Below are positions 27,474 to 37,685 of a stretch of 64,000 bases of DNA, piece by piece. The stretch's first letter is position 1, and the number at the start of each line of letters is the position of its first letter. The position numbers and the translations under genes are program-made. The stretch comes from Methanomassiliicoccaceae archaeon UBA593 (GTDB lineage: Archaea; Thermoplasmatota; Thermoplasmata; Methanomassiliicoccales; Methanomethylophilaceae): contig DAEQ01000002.1 in NCBI GenBank assembly GCA_002495325.1, positions 112,877-176,876 of the forward strand, read 5' to 3'. The notes under the pieces are model-generated. The model was not told the DNA's origin, ran no database searches, and saw only the letters and a program-made list of their open reading frames with translations.

Positions 27474-29519
27474 TCAGATTCCTCCGTAGACAACAAACAG
27501 GATTAGCGCGACCGCGAAGAGCGCGACCGCGCCGCCGATGACGACACCCGCATAGGTGTGGGCATTGCCGTCCTGGGCTTTCCGGGCCAGCTCGCCGCCG
27601 CCGATGACGGCGTTCGAGAGACCGTTCACGGTACCGTCGATGACCTGGCGGTCGAAGAAGTCGACACACTTGGCCACGCCGTAACCGAGCTTCCAGGAGA
27701 CCTGATTGTAGATCTCCGGCAGCCACCAGCGGCTGGCGCAGGCCTTGTAAAGCCAGGCCTGGCCGTGCTTGTTGAACTTGCCGGGGTCCACGGTCTTCTT
27801 GCAGTACATGAGGTATGCCAGGAAGATTGCGCCCAGGACCAGGATGATGGTGAGATAGGTGTACGGATTGGTGAACAGCTCGAGGAAGTAGTGCACCGCA
27901 CCGGCGCCGGCAACGCCGCCGACCTGCCAGAGCCCGTCGGCGTTGAGACCGATGGTGAACAGGCCGTCGAAGCCGAACAGCAGGACGAAGCCGAACGCGA
28001 ATGCAAAGCACGAGAGCACACAGAGCGGTATGGTCATGCTGTGAGGCGACTCGCCGTGGCTCTTCTGCGCGTTCTCCCGGGGTTCGCCCGCGAAGGTCAT
28101 GTACCACAGCCGGAACATGTAGAACGCGGTCATGAAGGCCGTAACAACGCCCAGGAACCACAGCAGCAGGAAGATCCAGCCGCAGGCGCCGTTGCCCGCC
28201 GCATCGAGAGCGGTCTCCAGGACGAGGTCCTTGGACCAGAAGCCCGCGAAGAACGGGAAGCCGGCGATCGACAGGGAGCCGATCAGCATTGTGATCGAGG
28301 TGATCTTCATCTTCTTGCCGAGACCGCCCATGAGGCGCATGTCCTCGGTCCCGCAGGAGTGGATGACCGACCCAGAGCACAGGAAGAGCAGGCCCTTGAA
28401 GAAGGCATGGTTCGCCATGTGCAGGATACCGGCCGTGTAGCCGAGCGCGCCCGCTGCCATCAGCGCAGTGTCGCCGGACTGCATACCAAGGGCCATGAGA
28501 TAGCCGCCCGCGCCCAGCGAGAGGAACATATACCCGAGCTGGGAGAGGGTCGAGTAAGCCAGGACCTTCTTGATGTTCATGTTGTTCATGGCCATGGTGG
28601 CCGCGAAGAACGCCGTTACACCGCCGATGACACCCACGAAGAGCATCACGTCGATGTTCATAACGAACAGCGGGAAACACCGTGCCACCAGGTAAACGCC
28701 GGCCTTGACCATGGTCGCCGCATGGATAAGCGCGGAGACGGTGGTCGGACCGGCCATAGCATCTGGCAGCCAGTCCATCAGCGGAAACTGGGCAGATTTG
28801 CCGATCGCGCCGCCGAAGATCAGGAGACTGGCCAAGAACAGGGTGTCCGGGTTGGCCGCGTTGAGGTTGGCGGTGTTAAAGATGACCGTGTAGTCGAGAC
28901 TTCCCATGGCCTGGAACAGAACGAACATACCTCCCATGAGGCAGACGTCGCCGGCCCGGGTGACCAGGAAGGCTTTCTTGGCCGCCGAAGCGGCGTTGAT
29001 GGCCTTGGCATCGCCCTCGGGGTGGTTGAAACTCCAGAAGCCGATGAGCAGGTAGGAGCAGAGGCCCATCAGCTCCCAGAACACGAACATTTCGATCATG
29101 TTGCTGGAGGCTGCGAGACCGAGCATGCCGGTCAGGAACAGGGAAACCTCGGCGAAGTACCGCCGCTTGCGGCCGCCCTGGTCGCCCATGTAACCAAGCG
29201 AGTAGATGAAGATCAGCATCGAGATGAACGATGCAAAGAGCATGACGAGACACGCGAGCGAATCCACGTAGTAACCGAGATTGACATCGTGACCGCCCAG
29301 ACTGAACCAGGTGATGCTGTTGGTGACATAGCCCGGGTCAGTGTAAGCTGCCGACGTCCAGAACTCGACCGAAACGGCGATCGAGATGATGAAGGAGGCC
29401 GCCGCGCCCGCAATGGACAGATAGCCGCCGCCCTGATGCATGTGGTTTCCGAAGAAGCCGACCAGCACGAAGCACAGGATAGGGATGAGAGGAACGAGCC
29501 AAACGTATTCAACGATCAA
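27474..29519 (-). CDS. fpoL: Fpo/Nuo subunit L
   Basis: WELMGLCSYLLIGF, KSAQFPL..WLPDAMAGPTTVSALIHAATMV and HAFFKGLLFL; TTG start. Confidence 0.94.
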   Translation of the reverse strand: MIVEYVWLVPLIPILCFVLVGFFGNHMHQGGGYLSIAGAAASFIISIAVSVEFWTSAAYTDPGYVTNSITWFSLGGHDVNLGYYVDSLACLVMLFASFISMLIFIYSLGYMGDQGGRKRRYFAEVSLFLTGMLGLAASSNMIEMFVFWELMGLCSYLLIGFWSFNHPEGDAKAINAASAAKKAFLVTRAGDVCLMGGMFVLFQAMGSLDYTVIFNTANLNAANPDTLFLASLLIFGGAIGKSAQFPLMDWLPDAMAGPTTVSALIHAATMVKAGVYLVARCFPLFVMNIDVMLFVGVIGGVTAFFAATMAMNNMNIKKVLAYSTLSQLGYMFLSLGAGGYLMALGMQSGDTALMAAGALGYTAGILHMANHAFFKGLLFLCSGSVIHSCGTEDMRLMGGLGKKMKITSITMLIGSLSIAGFPFFAGFWSKDLVLETALDAAGNGACGWIFLLLWFLGVVTAFMTAFYMFRLWYMTFAGEPRENAQKSHGESPHSMTIPLCVLSCFAFAFGFVLLFGFDGLFTIGLNADGLWQVGGVAGAGAVHYFLELFTNPYTYLTIILVLGAIFLAYLMYCKKTVDPGKFNKHGQAWLYKACASRWWLPEIYNQVSWKLGYGVAKCVDFFDRQVIDGTVNGLSNAVIGGGELARKAQDGNAHTYAGVVIGGAVALFAVALILFVVYGGI

Positions 29520-29520
29520 C

Positions 29521-29823
29521 TTACCACCTCATGGAGGTCAGACCGTTGACGTCGGTCGTCTTCTTCATCTTGTACGAATTGAGCACTACCGCAATGCCGA
29601 CCGCTACTTCAGCGGCGGCGACGGAAATGGTCATGAGGACCATGACCTGGCCGATCGGATCGCTAGTGTAAGCGGCAAAGGCCACGAAGTTGATGTTCGC
29701 GGCATTGAGCATCAGCTCGATGCACATCAGCACGACGATCGCGTTCGGTTTGGTCAGGACGCCGTAGGCACCGATGGCAAAGAGGATGGCGCCGAAGGTC
29801 AGGAAGTATTCAATTGGTATCAT
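29521..29823 (-). CDS. fpoK: Fpo/Nuo subunit K
   Basis: IELMLNAAN and AAEVAVGIA motifs. Confidence 0.92.
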   Translation of the reverse strand: MIPIEYFLTFGAILFAIGAYGVLTKPNAIVVLMCIELMLNAANINFVAFAAYTSDPIGQVMVLMTISVAAAEVAVGIAVVLNSYKMKKTTDVNGLTSMRW

Positions 29824-30112
29824 CCTGCTCCACCTCCTCTCTCGCAATACAGACTCCGCCGATCATGGCCCCGAACATCAGGATGGCCAGCACCAGCAGG
29901 AGCGGGCCGTAGTCCTCGAACAGGGCGTAGTTCAGCGAGCTTTCGTCCAGGTTGTCTTCGTCGTCAACGTCGTCGACGAACGGGATGTTCTCCGGACTGT
30001 CATTGGTCATATAGTCGTCCCACTGCGTCTCGTAGATCGAAACGGTGAGCACCACAAGCAGCAGGACCGCCACCGTGGCTCCCATGGCTGCTCTCTTATT
30101 CATCGAACTCAT
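29810..30112 (-). CDS. Fpo subunit J2 (C-terminal half of NuoJ)
   Basis: LF.DY..LLLVLAILMFGAMIG; position between J1 and K. Confidence 0.8.
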   Translation of the reverse strand: MSSMNKRAAMGATVAVLLLVVLTVSIYETQWDDYMTNDSPENIPFVDDVDDEDNLDESSLNYALFEDYGPLLLVLAILMFGAMIGGVCIAREEVEQDDTN

Positions 30113-30419
30113 CTCCTTTCACACGCCGTTTCGTTACCATGATACAGAAGGCGAAGAGGATGGTAATCGCACCGACGTACACGAGCAACTGTATCGCACC
30201 GATGAACTCCGCCTCGAGGAAGAAGTACGTCACCGCGACGGTAACGAACACCAGCGCAAGGTAGAACGCACTGTGCATCGACTGTTTTTCAGTGACCACA
30301 TATATCGCGGCCGCCACTCCCAGCGCGGCCACGATGAGGAAGGCCAGGAGGTCGCCGTTGCTCCAGACGTAGTTCGCAAAGTTGCAGAACCCGTCCCAAA
30401 TATTCCACAGTAGACCCAT
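30096..30419 (-). CDS. Fpo subunit J1 (N-terminal half of NuoJ)
   Basis: HSAFYL and L.AEFIGAIQLLVYVGAI motifs. Confidence 0.85.
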   Translation of the reverse strand: MGLLWNIWDGFCNFANYVWSNGDLLAFLIVAALGVAAAIYVVTEKQSMHSAFYLALVFVTVAVTYFFLEAEFIGAIQLLVYVGAITILFAFCIMVTKRRVKGDEFDE

Positions 30420-30420
30420 C

Positions 30421-31170
30421 TCACAGCACCTCGTTCATATGCAGCGCACTCTTGGGACAGACATCCACGCAGGTGTAGCATGAGACACATTTCTGGTCAT
30501 CCACCGACGGCCACAGGATGGGGCGCCCCTTCGCGTTCTTGCCGTGCTCCTCCATGGTGATAGCCTGGACGGGGCAGCTCTTGAAGCATTTCTTGCAGCT
30601 GATGCACTTGGCGTTGTCGAGTACGGGCCGGTCGGTCTTCGCGGGGTTGATCCGCCGCTCGCCGTTACCGGCCTGGTAGTCGGAGAGCAGGGTCTCCTCG
30701 ATGTCGATCTTCATGCCGTCGGTCGTATGATCGTACGCCAACCGGCGCGGACCGTAGATGAGGTCCGCCCGGGTATATTCCGCGAGCTCCACTATGGGGC
30801 TCATGGTCATGGCATCGGTCGGGCAGTACTCAGCGCAGTAGCCGCAGAACGAGCAGCGGCCCATGTTGACCTGAGGACGCTTCACCGGCTTACCCTCGTC
30901 GTCCGGACACTCGACCAGCACGATGGCAGTGGTGGGGCACATCCGGGCGCACATGCCGCAGCCGATGCAGGTATTGAAGGCCAATGCCGGCCGGCCGCGG
31001 TAGTTGTCAGGCATCCACAGTTTTTCGTACGGGTACAGGATGGTAACAGGCCGGTGAACTACCGTCTTGTTGAACAGCCTGAGGATCAGATAGATCGGCT
31101 TCATGACCCACAGGGTCTTGGCCGTGTTCACCCGTCCGTCCCGGTATTTTTCCAGATAGTCCATAGTCAT
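30421..31170 (-). CDS. fpoI: Fpo/Nuo subunit I with extra C-terminal 2x[4Fe-4S] ferredoxin domain
   Basis: T..YPYEK, CIGCGMCARMCP, CSFCGYCAEYCP, CISCKKCFKSCP and CVSCYTCVDVCP. Confidence 0.9.
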   Translation of the reverse strand: MTMDYLEKYRDGRVNTAKTLWVMKPIYLILRLFNKTVVHRPVTILYPYEKLWMPDNYRGRPALAFNTCIGCGMCARMCPTTAIVLVECPDDEGKPVKRPQVNMGRCSFCGYCAEYCPTDAMTMSPIVELAEYTRADLIYGPRRLAYDHTTDGMKIDIEETLLSDYQAGNGERRINPAKTDRPVLDNAKCISCKKCFKSCPVQAITMEEHGKNAKGRPILWPSVDDQKCVSCYTCVDVCPKSALHMNEVL

Positions 31171-32348
31171 CAGAACACACCTCCCATCTTCAGGAGCAGC
31201 ACGATGACCAGGTTGATGATGGACAGAGGCATGAACACCTTCCATCCGAGATTGAGAATCTGATCGGTCCTGACCCGCGGCAGGGCGGCTCTCACGATGA
31301 TCATCGCGAAAAACACCAGCCAGGTCTTCAGCAGGAAGACGAGCTCGGGCACGTAGTTGTTGAGGTCGCCGATAAACGGCAGGTTCCAGCCGCCCAGATA
31401 CAAGATGGTAATCATGGCGCAGGAAACATAGCCTCTCATGTAATCGGCGAGCATGATAAGGCCCCATTTCATACCGGCGTACTCGGTCTGCCAGCCTTCG
31501 ACGAGCTCCGACTCGGCCTCTGCAAGGTCGAACGGCGTCCGCTCCGCCTCCGCGTTCGCACAGACGAAGAAGGTAACGAAACCGATGCACTGCGGGATGA
31601 AGTACGGCATCGTGTCGTACTGAGCCTGAACGATGCCGCCGATGTTGAACGTACCTGCCATCAGACAGGCAGTCGCAATCAGGATTAGCATCGGAATCTC
31701 GTAAGAGATCATCATCTCGGCGGCTCTCATACCGCCGATCAGGGAGTACTTGTTGTTCTGGGACCAGCCCGACACCAGAATGAAGAACGGTGCCAGGGCG
31801 AACAGGCCCATGATCAGGAGCAGACCGGTGTTGTAGTTGACCACATACCAGCGGTCGGACAGCGGAATCATACAGGCGATCAGCATCGAGGTGCCGATGA
31901 CCAGAGAGACCGTCCACATGTAGGTCATCCGGTCCACTTTACGGGGCTGGGTGTCCTCTTTCATAAAAGTCTTGAAACCGTCGGCGACGCACTGCAGGAA
32001 ACCTTTCATGCCGACCATGGTACCGCGCCGGTCCATGGTCCTACCGAGAACCTTACGCTCTTCCCATAGTGATATCAGAATACCTATGAACACCACCAGG
32101 AAGACAACGATCATGAATATGATCAGCGCGAAGAAGTTGACAGTCATGTCACAGACCAGCCACTCCGAAACCGGATTGCCCGGGAAGAGCAGGTTGATCA
32201 GCCAGGCAATCGTACCGCCGATGATCTCCCAAAGCTTCTGGGAGATGTCGTACGGCAGATTGTACGTTTCGAACGGGTAGTACGGGTTCGCCATGATGTC
32301 CGGGAAATTGACCCAGTCGAGAATACTGCTGTAAACCATCGGCATCAC
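31170..32348 (-). CDS. fpoH: Fpo/Nuo subunit H
   Basis: ERK, Q..ADG.K...KED, N.KYSLIGGMRA and RTPFDL.EAESELVEGW.TEY. Confidence 0.93.
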   Translation of the reverse strand: MMPMVYSSILDWVNFPDIMANPYYPFETYNLPYDISQKLWEIIGGTIAWLINLLFPGNPVSEWLVCDMTVNFFALIIFMIVVFLVVFIGILISLWEERKVLGRTMDRRGTMVGMKGFLQCVADGFKTFMKEDTQPRKVDRMTYMWTVSLVIGTSMLIACMIPLSDRWYVVNYNTGLLLIMGLFALAPFFILVSGWSQNNKYSLIGGMRAAEMMISYEIPMLILIATACLMAGTFNIGGIVQAQYDTMPYFIPQCIGFVTFFVCANAEAERTPFDLAEAESELVEGWQTEYAGMKWGLIMLADYMRGYVSCAMITILYLGGWNLPFIGDLNNYVPELVFLLKTWLVFFAMIIVRAALPRVRTDQILNLGWKVFMPLSIINLVIVLLLKMGGVF

Positions 32349-33538
32349 CTGTCAGTCTCTCCGAGACACATGTCGATCATAGCCATGATGGCCGGCACAT
32401 CCGCGATCCGGCAGCCCATGCAGAGCTCGCGGGACGCGGAGACGTTGACGAAAATCGGACTGCGCACTTTCAGCCGGTAGGGCTTGTCGGTACCGTCGGA
32501 AATTAGATACATCATGGACTCGCCGCGCGGGTCCTCAAGCTTGGCGAAGTGGCGGCCGGCCGGGACGTTGCTCGGGACCTTCAGGCGGTACGGGGCGTTC
32601 TTGCCGAGCGCCCGGACCTTCGCCATGGCCTGTTTGATGATCTTGCAGGACTGCAGCATCTCCTCAACGCGGACCATGTACCGGGCGTAGGAATCGCCCT
32701 GCTTCAGGACCGGAACATCGAAGTCGATCTGGTCGTAATTGGAGTAGGGATCGTCCCGGCGGAGGTCGAAGTCGACACCGGTGCCTCTCAGGGCAGGGCC
32801 GGTGATGCCGAGGTTCGCACACTGTTCCGGGGTCAGGATACCCGTGTTTTTCATACGGGATACATAGATGGAAGAATCATCGATCAGACCGATGATGTCC
32901 CACACTGCCTTTTCGAAATGTTCGGTGCATCTGATGATGTCACGGTCGAAAAGCTCGGGGGTGTCGTTGCGCACACCGCCGATCCGCGGATAGTTGGTGG
33001 TCATCCGGGCGCCGCAAAGACGGACATTCATGTCCATCCAGTATTCCCGCTCCCTCATGGCCCACAGGAAGACGGTGAAGTTGCCCAGGTCGGTACCGAC
33101 GGCGGCCAGCCACATCAGGTGTGATTGGAGCCGGTTGATCTCGTCGGCGATGATCATGATGTACTTCGCTTTGTCCGGCGGGTCGATGCCGAGCGCTTTC
33201 TCCACGGTCATGCAGTACAGGTGAGTGTACGTCATGGACGCTGCATAGCAGAGACGGTCGGCCATCGGGATGATTTTGGGGTAAGGCCTGTTCTCGGCCT
33301 CTTTTTCCCAGCCCCGGTGCAGGTAACCGACAATCGGCTCCGCATCCGTCACGATCTCACCGTCGACCTTAATCTTCAGGGTCCATAGGCCGTGCGAGAA
33401 CGGGTGCTGGGGGCCCATGATGACCCACATCTTGTCGGTTTCCATCTTCGCTGTTTCAGCAGCGACGTCAACCACAGGTTTCATGGCCGGCATTTGGCCG
33501 GCGGTCTTGGTTTGTTCGGTATTGTCGTCAGCCATCAT
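32345..33538 (-). CDS. fpoD: Fpo/Nuo subunit D
   Basis: GPQHP.SHG, GYLHRG.EK, DRLCY and PRGE; no NiFe CxxC ligands. Confidence 0.93.
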   Translation of the reverse strand: MMADDNTEQTKTAGQMPAMKPVVDVAAETAKMETDKMWVIMGPQHPFSHGLWTLKIKVDGEIVTDAEPIVGYLHRGWEKEAENRPYPKIIPMADRLCYAASMTYTHLYCMTVEKALGIDPPDKAKYIMIIADEINRLQSHLMWLAAVGTDLGNFTVFLWAMREREYWMDMNVRLCGARMTTNYPRIGGVRNDTPELFDRDIIRCTEHFEKAVWDIIGLIDDSSIYVSRMKNTGILTPEQCANLGITGPALRGTGVDFDLRRDDPYSNYDQIDFDVPVLKQGDSYARYMVRVEEMLQSCKIIKQAMAKVRALGKNAPYRLKVPSNVPAGRHFAKLEDPRGESMMYLISDGTDKPYRLKVRSPIFVNVSASRELCMGCRIADVPAIMAMIDMCLGETDR

Positions 33539-34014
33539 TCCCACCCTCTCAGTTTGTAGGACTTCCGGAACGGGAAGAACTCATACGTTTCCGGCGTGAG
33601 CAGCCGTTCCAACCGCGGGTGGCCGTCAAAGACTATACCAAAAAGCTCCCAAGTTTCCCGCTCGTTCCAGTTGGCCCCGCCCCAGATGGAGGAGACCGAT
33701 TTGACATGCGGGTCGTCGTTGGGCACGTCGACCGTAAGTTCAACGCACTCTCCTTTATATGTAGTATAACTGTCAATATGGTAGACTACCTGCATGTAGT
33801 CCTTCATGTCGACGCCGATAACGTTGGCACAGTGTTCGAAACTGAGCTCGTCGTTCAGGAACTTGCAGACATCGAAGATCGCATCGCGTTCGACGTGGGC
33901 ATAGACCCGCCGGATCTCCTGCCCCGTGAACTTAATCTTGTCACCGAACTTCTCGGTCAGCTTGTTCTCGATATCTCCTTCCCAGGAGCTGTCGTATTCG
34001 CGAATGGGGCTCAT
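33535..34014 (-). CDS. fpoC: Fpo/Nuo subunit C
   Basis: ANWNERETWELFGIVF.GHP.L motif. Confidence 0.92.
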   Translation of the reverse strand: MSPIREYDSSWEGDIENKLTEKFGDKIKFTGQEIRRVYAHVERDAIFDVCKFLNDELSFEHCANVIGVDMKDYMQVVYHIDSYTTYKGECVELTVDVPNDDPHVKSVSSIWGGANWNERETWELFGIVFDGHPRLERLLTPETYEFFPFRKSYKLRGWE

Positions 34015-34015
34015 C

Positions 34016-34579
34016 TCAGTCCTCCAGGAAGCAGCCTCTTCTGAAGTAGTCATCAATCTTCTTCTGAAGCAGCATGAAACCGTCGATCATGGCGTCCGGA
34101 CGAACCGGGCAGCCGGGCATATAGACATCGACCGGCACGATCTGGTCCAGACCCTGCACGGTATTATAGGAATCGTACCAGGGGCCGCCGGAGATGGCAC
34201 ACTCGCCCATGGCCACGACCCATTTGGGATTGGGGATCTCTTCGTACAGTCTTCTGATACCGGGCCGCATCTTCTTCGAGATCCAGCCGTTAACCAGCAG
34301 GATATCGGTCTGACGCGGAGAGGACCGGTAGATCATTCCGTAACGTTCGGCATCAAAACGGGGAGCCGAAGCCGCGGCCATTTCCAGCGCGCAGCAGGCC
34401 AGTCCCCAGTGGAGCGGGTGCATCGAGTTTTTCATAGCCCAGGACCACACCGGGCCGGTCAGTTTGTCGACCGTCCGCCGGGTGCCGGAAGACATGAGGT
34501 CATTAATCATGGCTGTGGACCAACTCATGAACTCGTCGACGCTCATGGCTACGGCGTGCGGGTAGAGGCTCATATCCAT
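34016..34579 (-). CDS. fpoB: Fpo/Nuo subunit B
   Basis: GLACCALEM, SPRQ.D, MG.CAISGG and PGCP.RP. Confidence 0.94.
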   Translation of the reverse strand: MDMSLYPHAVAMSVDEFMSWSTAMINDLMSSGTRRTVDKLTGPVWSWAMKNSMHPLHWGLACCALEMAAASAPRFDAERYGMIYRSSPRQTDILLVNGWISKKMRPGIRRLYEEIPNPKWVVAMGECAISGGPWYDSYNTVQGLDQIVPVDVYMPGCPVRPDAMIDGFMLLQKKIDDYFRRGCFLED

Positions 34580-34932
34580 ATGGTTTCCTCCTTCTTCAGC
34601 GAGTAAGCGACGCCCAAAATAAGAATCCCAAGGAACAGAAACATCCACACGGTTGCCATCGGCGATAAACCGCCGTAAGCCACGGACCAAATGAGCAGGA
34701 ACGTGACGACCAGATCGAAGACCACGAAAATAAGCGCATAAGCGTAGTACTGCAGCCGGAACTGGACGCGCGCGTCACCGATCGGAACGGATCCGCACTC
34801 GTATGTCTCCTCCATCCACTTGGTAGGTTTGTAAGGTCTGATGAACCTTGATACCAACCATGCCGCCGGTGCGAATCCCAGGGAAATAATCCCCACGAAC
34901 ACCAACGGCAAGTACGATGCGATTAGTGACAT
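34570..34932 (-). CDS. fpoA: Fpo/Nuo subunit A
   Basis: YECG and YY.YALIFVVFDL; three TM helices. Confidence 0.92.
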   Translation of the reverse strand: MSLIASYLPLVFVGIISLGFAPAAWLVSRFIRPYKPTKWMEETYECGSVPIGDARVQFRLQYYAYALIFVVFDLVVTFLLIWSVAYGGLSPMATVWMFLFLGILILGVAYSLKKEETIWI

Positions 34933-35117
34933 TGCGGTTCGGGATGGTCTAAAACTATATAAGAGCCACGCGCGACCAGATTTAGTATTATAGAAGGAAA
35001 TCGAACCCAAAACAGGATAAACATGTACAATCCAACTGCCTCTCTGCATTTTGTCACTTCGGCCCAACGTCTGGGCAAGCCCTTATTAAGGGGTCCCACG
35101 TCCGGGGATTGATTGCA

Positions 35118-35924
35118 ATGACCGTCAAAATCGGTTTTATCGGCGCGGGCCGGATGGCCAGCGCAATGATCAAAGGGCTTATCGCCAAAGAGGTATACGC
35201 AGCGGACGAAATCGCCGCCTGCGCGCCTTCCGCCGCCACCCGCGACCGCATCGCAGCCGACACCGGCGTGCAGGTCTTCGCTTCGGCCGCCGAAACGGCC
35301 GAAGCTGCCGATATCCTCGTCCTTGCGGTGAAACCTAAGAACATCATCCCGCTTTTCAATGAGGAGAAACTTCGGCTCGAACACCGGCACCTGCTCATAA
35401 GCATCGTCGCCGGTCTGCGTATCGAGACCCTCGCCACCTATGTCCCAGACTGCCGGATTGTGCGCGTAATGCCCAACCACTGCTGCATGGTTCTCGAGGG
35501 TGCAGCTGGCTATGTCATGGGCCCCGGCTGCACCCCGGCCGATAGAGAGGTCACCGACCGCATCCTGTCCGCCATCGGTCTCGCCGTCGAAGTCCGCGAA
35601 TGTGACCTGGACGCCGTCACCGGGGTCTCCGGCAGTTCGCCGGCCTTCCTGTATATGGCCGTACAGGCCATTGCGGATGCCGGCGTGCTCCACGGCCTGT
35701 CACGGGACGCTGCGCTGACCCTTGCCGCCCAGTCTATGGTCGGTGCGGGCGCGATGGTACTGAACTCCGGAATGACACCAGAACAGCTCATCGACGGGGT
35801 CTGCTCCCCCGGCGGCACCACCATAGAGGGCGTGAAGACCCTGCAGGAAAAGGACTTTAAATCCACCCTAATCGACGCGGTCAACGCCACGGTTAAAAAA
35901 TCCCAGGAAATGGGACGTCAGTGA
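35118..35924 (+). CDS. proC: pyrroline-5-carboxylate reductase
   Basis: IGFIGAGRMA, LAVKP, VRVMPN, GSSPA and SPGGTTIEG. Confidence 0.95.
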   Translation: MTVKIGFIGAGRMASAMIKGLIAKEVYAADEIAACAPSAATRDRIAADTGVQVFASAAETAEAADILVLAVKPKNIIPLFNEEKLRLEHRHLLISIVAGLRIETLATYVPDCRIVRVMPNHCCMVLEGAAGYVMGPGCTPADREVTDRILSAIGLAVEVRECDLDAVTGVSGSSPAFLYMAVQAIADAGVLHGLSRDAALTLAAQSMVGAGAMVLNSGMTPEQLIDGVCSPGGTTIEGVKTLQEKDFKSTLIDAVNATVKKSQEMGRQ

Positions 35925-35948
35925 AACCGTCTCTGCGGTCCGGCCTTT

Positions 35949-37682
35949 TTACGGCCGGCCGCGGATCATTTTCTTCAGCAGCCCGACTGCCATGCGGGGA
36001 GCGTAACGGTACACCGAGCCGGTGTTCCAGTCAAGATCGTTCTTGTCAGTGATAGTCGAGTCCATCATCTGCACTCCTTCCTCTTTTACGGCCCACAACT
36101 GCCGTTCCCGCTCCGATGTGTCCGGCACCTCCAAGATCTTGTCGATCCGGTGCATCAGCTCCCGGGCGGTCTCGGTCCGCCTGTTGCGGGCCTTTGCTTC
36201 CTCCGCAGTGATGCGTCCGGCATCATGCTCGGCATTCGTCAGCACGACCGCTGCATCGTAAGAGGTCTCGGCAATGTCGTCACGCGTCATCCACTTAGTC
36301 TCGTACGAGAGCACGTGTTTCCATGAGGGATTGTCCAGCAGCTTCCTGTGCTCCTCCAGGGTCCTCGCCCGCAGCTTGTAACCCCATCTGTCCGGATCCT
36401 CGAAGGCCCGGCTGCCGGGGTCGACAAATGGTGCGAAAGGCGAGTCGTAGATGAACAGATGATCTGCTGGTTTCACCAGCCCCCACAGCCGTTTGGCTGC
36501 TTCCGCGCTCCCCAGCGCTGATTCCCGGGTCTGCTGGGGCAGACCGGTCATAAAGAACAGGTCGAAGCGGCTGCAGCCGTTGGCGAACGCCGCAGGCAGT
36601 GTCCGTTCGATGTTCTCGTTGGTGTAGCCCTTGCCGAGCGCCAGCCGCACCGCCTCGTCGTAGGAATCGGGCGAGAACTCGATCGACCAGCCGCCTTCGA
36701 AGGCCCGGTCAAGCTTCCGGAAGTACTCCGGCCCGGCACCGCTGAACAGCTCTATGACCGCGTGGTTCTCCACTCCGCGTTCGCGCACCGCCTTGAGGAA
36801 GCGGTCGGCATAATCCGGGCCGCCCTGCCGCAGGTCGCCGACGACGAAGACCGGCGCACCCAGATATTCCTGGATTCCGGCCATGTCGTCCGCCAGCTGC
36901 TCCGGCTGCCGGAACGCGGGCCGGCGACGGCAGACGACCTTGGTATTGGCGAAATGGGAACCGCCGCACTCAGCGCAGTTCATTGAGCAGCCCCGGACGG
37001 TGAACACCGAGGTCAGCGGGACCTTGTCCCATCCTTTCCAGGGCAGGGAACCCGCCACGTCCGCGTGCCGCAGAACATTCCTGATCATGGTCCCGTAGTC
37101 GAACAGGATGCCGTCCAGGTTCTCGGGCGAATAGGTGAGACCGTTGTCATGGACCTTCCCAGCAGCATCCTTCCAGACCAGGTTCGGTACCTGCGCCAGA
37201 TCACCGCCTTCGGCCAGGACCTCCATCATTTTGACCGTGGGGACCTCGGTAACGTCGCCCCGCATGACCAGGTCAACCTCCGGCCGGCGAATCAGCTCGT
37301 CATAGAAGTATGAAGAGGTCAGCCCGCCGAGCTCGGTCTTGGCGTCGGGATGGTATTTTTTGACCAGTTTCGCGACCTCCAGCGCCCCATGGGCGTGGGG
37401 CATCCAGTGAAGATCGATGGCGTAGATGTCGGCGTCCAGTTGCCGGATCTTCTTCTCCGCATCGAACCGGACGTCGGCGAGCATTTCCCCCGCGAGGTTG
37501 ACTATCCGCGTACGGAAACCAGCGGCCTCCAGGTGCGACGAAATCGTCATGAACCCAATGGGGTACATCTCGAAGACCGGCGAGGAGGGAATGACGTCGC
37601 TGACCGGACCGTAGAAGATCGGTTTCTTTCGGAAATCGTATACGCTCGGTGCATGCAGAAAGACGATGTCGGTTCGGCTCAT
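35949..37682 (-). CDS. B12-binding domain / radical SAM protein (TIGR04190/Ta0216-like)
   Basis: LHAPSVYDFR and FEMYPIGF; IDLHW..HAHG B12-binding region; RGCSMNCAEC CxxxCxxC. Confidence 0.85.
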   Translation of the reverse strand: MSRTDIVFLHAPSVYDFRKKPIFYGPVSDVIPSSPVFEMYPIGFMTISSHLEAAGFRTRIVNLAGEMLADVRFDAEKKIRQLDADIYAIDLHWMPHAHGALEVAKLVKKYHPDAKTELGGLTSSYFYDELIRRPEVDLVMRGDVTEVPTVKMMEVLAEGGDLAQVPNLVWKDAAGKVHDNGLTYSPENLDGILFDYGTMIRNVLRHADVAGSLPWKGWDKVPLTSVFTVRGCSMNCAECGGSHFANTKVVCRRRPAFRQPEQLADDMAGIQEYLGAPVFVVGDLRQGGPDYADRFLKAVRERGVENHAVIELFSGAGPEYFRKLDRAFEGGWSIEFSPDSYDEAVRLALGKGYTNENIERTLPAAFANGCSRFDLFFMTGLPQQTRESALGSAEAAKRLWGLVKPADHLFIYDSPFAPFVDPGSRAFEDPDRWGYKLRARTLEEHRKLLDNPSWKHVLSYETKWMTRDDIAETSYDAAVVLTNAEHDAGRITAEEAKARNRRTETARELMHRIDKILEVPDTSERERQLWAVKEEGVQMMDSTITDKNDLDWNTGSVYRYAPRMAVGLLKKMIRGRP

Positions 37683-37685
37683 GGT

